From Vulcanimicrobiota bacterium (lineage in GTDB: Bacteria > Vulcanimicrobiota > Vulcanimicrobiia > Vulcanimicrobiales > Vulcanimicrobiaceae), in NCBI GenBank assembly GCA_963733295.1, contig CAVTCS010000003.1, forward strand, positions 960,001 through 1,024,000: a stretch of 64,000 nucleotides of DNA. The letters run 5' to 3'. Positions 62,257 to 64,000 of this stretch are shown here, piece after piece (the first letter of the stretch is position 1; every line of letters starts with the position of its first letter). Under the pieces are notes generated by a model. It had not been told where the DNA came from. It was given only the letters and a program-made list of their open reading frames with translations, and did no database searches. Made by a program: the position numbers and the translations under genes.

Positions 62257-62729
62257 TGCCGAGCCTCGAAGCGGAGGCGCACGGCGGCACCGTACACCCC
62301 GCGCGCGTAGCCGAGGCCGGCCCAGTAACCGCCCGCGTTGTACGCGCTGAGCGCGTGAAACAGCGCGCGCTGCCCGGGTCCGAAGTAGCGTGTGGCTCGT
62401 CCGTAGTCTTCGCTGAGAATGCGGCCGCCGGCGGCGAGGTTCGTGCACGGATCGAAGGCGCCGCGAAGACTGAGGCGCAGCCGCCGTACGTTGCTCACGT
62501 TGAGCTGCATCAATCCGAAATCCAGGTTATGCCCGAGCCCAAGCAGGCGTCTGGCGAGACTTTCTGCATCGGCCGGATTCGCTGGAAAGTATGCGCGACG
62601 GGTCGTGTTGTCGCCTATCGCTTCCGGCCGGCCGCCGCTCTCGTAAGCGACGATGGCGGCCAACGTCCGGGGTCCGATCGACGGCGCGCAAGCGTGCATC
62701 AAAGCGTTGAGCGTGAATGAGACGAGCAT
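62253..62729 (-). CDS. VirB1-like lytic transglycosylase
   Basis: CAPSI...AIVAYESGG.P.AIG, DFGLMQLN..N, FDPCTNL.AG..IL, ALSAYNAG. Confidence 0.85.
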   Translation of the reverse strand: MLVSFTLNALMHACAPSIGPRTLAAIVAYESGGRPEAIGDNTTRRAYFPANPADAESLARRLLGLGHNLDFGLMQLNVSNVRRLRLSLRGAFDPCTNLAAGGRILSEDYGRATRYFGPGQRALFHALSAYNAGGYWAGLGYARGVYGAAVRLRFEARQ

Positions 62730-62734
62730 GTCCG

Positions 62735-63406
62735 TTATGAGACCAGCTCGTCGACGCAAACGCATTGCATTCGCAAGAGCGCAATGCCGTGTAAACGCGA
62801 GATTTGTTTGGCCGACATATCGAGGCGCTGCGCAACCTCCAATTGTCGCAAGCCGTGCAGATAGATTCCGACGATGATCCGACGCTCGAGTTCGGGTAAG
62901 ACGGCGAGGGCCGCTTCGACGAGCAAGCGATCGTCCGCGTTGGAACGTTCTGCCGGCTCGGCGGCAGCGTTTCGGGCTGCAGCATCGGCCCGATCGTCGA
63001 GCCGTATGAGACGGGCAGCTTGTTGCGCGCGGCGATGCCGCTGTAGCGAGTGGGTTGAGATCTCGAGCCTGCAGGCTAACTCGGCGTCGAGGGGCGCGCG
63101 ACCCAACTCCGCGCTGAGTTGTTCGTACGCCGCGTCGAGCTGTTGCTGCCGCCGCTGCACGTCGCGAGGGAGTCGGACGATGCGTTCGTGATCGCGCACG
63201 AAATGAAGGAGTTCACCGAGAATGAGAACCCAAGCGTACGCTTCGAACGGCGTGCGCAACGAAGCGTCGTAACGATCGGCCGCTTTGATCAAGCCGATAG
63301 CGGCCACCTGTTCGAGGTCGCAACGCTCGAGTCCGGGCCTGACGAATTTTCGAGCCGCGCGACGGCAGAGATAACGATAGGCCGTTACGAGATATTCACG
63401 ATGCAT
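62735..63406 (-). CDS. Alternative sigma70-family factor (SigB/F/G-like)
   Basis: DLEQVAAIGLIKAADRYD, F.AYA...I.GEL.HFVRD...VRLPR, LGRAP...ELA, QLEVAQRL.MS..QISRL. Confidence 0.88.
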   Translation of the reverse strand: MHREYLVTAYRYLCRRAARKFVRPGLERCDLEQVAAIGLIKAADRYDASLRTPFEAYAWVLILGELLHFVRDHERIVRLPRDVQRRQQQLDAAYEQLSAELGRAPLDAELACRLEISTHSLQRHRRAQQAARLIRLDDRADAAARNAAAEPAERSNADDRLLVEAALAVLPELERRIIVGIYLHGLRQLEVAQRLDMSAKQISRLHGIALLRMQCVCVDELVS

Positions 63407-63506
63407 GCGGCCGATTATCGAGAAGGAATGTGACCCGAAAAATTCCGAGAGATTTCCGTTCGTTCGGGCCGTCCGGACAGCTTCGCGCAGGGTACTGACG
63501 CAACGC

Positions 63507-64000
63507 ATGAGTGCTAGTCGCGTCCTGCTTGCCGAGGACGATCGCGCGATTCGCGACCTGCTGGTGCATCACTTCGTGCGCGACGGTTTCGTTGCCGTCG
63601 AAGCGTGCGACGGGCCTTCGGCGTTGAGGAGCTTGCGTGACGGCGTCGACATCGTGCTTCTCGACGTCGCGCTGCCCGGCATCGACGGTTTCGACATCTT
63701 GCGGACGCTGCGCCGGGAAGGCCGCCAAACGCCGGTCGTCATGCTGACGGCGCGAGTCGAGGAATTAGACCGGATCGTGGGGTTCGAGCTCGGCGCGGAC
63801 GACTACGTCGTCAAACCGTTTTCAGCGCGGGAGGTCGTAGCGCGGGTGCGGGCAGTCCTGCGACGGAGCGGTCTCAAACACGAGGCCGCGCCGCGTTCTC
63901 TAACGTTCGGACGTCTGGAGGTCCACGAGGGCGCGCGGGAAGCGCGCGTCGACGGCAAGGACGTCGGTCTGAAGCCGCGGGAGTTTGCGCTTTTGCTGGC
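63507..64000 (+). CDS. OmpR-family response regulator (3' part outside window)
   Basis: Hand-translated: MSASRVLLAEDD...VLLDVALPGIDG...MLTAR...GADDYVVKPFS...LKPREFALL. Confidence 0.92.
   Translation, partial: MSASRVLLAEDDRAIRDLLVHHFVRDGFVAVEACDGPSALRSLRDGVDIVLLDVALPGIDGFDILRTLRREGRQTPVVMLTARVEELDRIVGFELGADDYVVKPFSAREVVARVRAVLRRSGLKHEAAPRSLTFGRLEVHEGAREARVDGKDVGLKPREFALLL

Noticed and set aside
62253..62729. VirB1-like gene as evidence of a conjugative element
   Set aside because: No VirB4, relaxase, coupling protein or integrase in the window; the gene is coupled to pilB.

Overview
GC-rich bacterial chromosomal window. The 16S sequence and gene style suggest Ca. Eremiobacterota/Vulcanimicrobiota; this is an unconfirmed inference. 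1-19.3 kb: S10-spc-alpha ribosomal protein cluster (rplC to rplQ, secY, adk, map, rpoA). It lacks rpmD and infA at their usual positions and is split between rpsM and rpsK by a 4-kb, four-gene block. 19.4-25.8 kb: complete trpEGDCFBA. 26-41 kb: Liv-type ABC transporter, rhodanese, PaiB, lhgO, pruA, MalT-like regulator and DUF2339-like protein. 41-47.1 kb: a tRNA-less rRNA operon whose 23S gene carries two ORF-less group I introns (after E. coli-equivalent U1931 and U2473) and an H54-region expansion. 47-64 kb: TPR protein, lipoprotein, GGDEF protein, and a minus-strand type IV pilus/T2SS-like cluster led by a sigma factor and a VirB1-like transglycosylase. The most striking observation is a ~105-nt three-hairpin element with compensatory base changes. 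It sits, always in sense orientation, at three ribosomal-gene junctions (rplD/rplW, rplP/rpmC, rplR/rpsE), with a deleted copy at 26.2 kb. Each full copy is spanned by a short ORF bridging the upstream stop and the downstream start, and each buries a Shine-Dalgarno-like GGGGTG for the next gene in its last hairpin.
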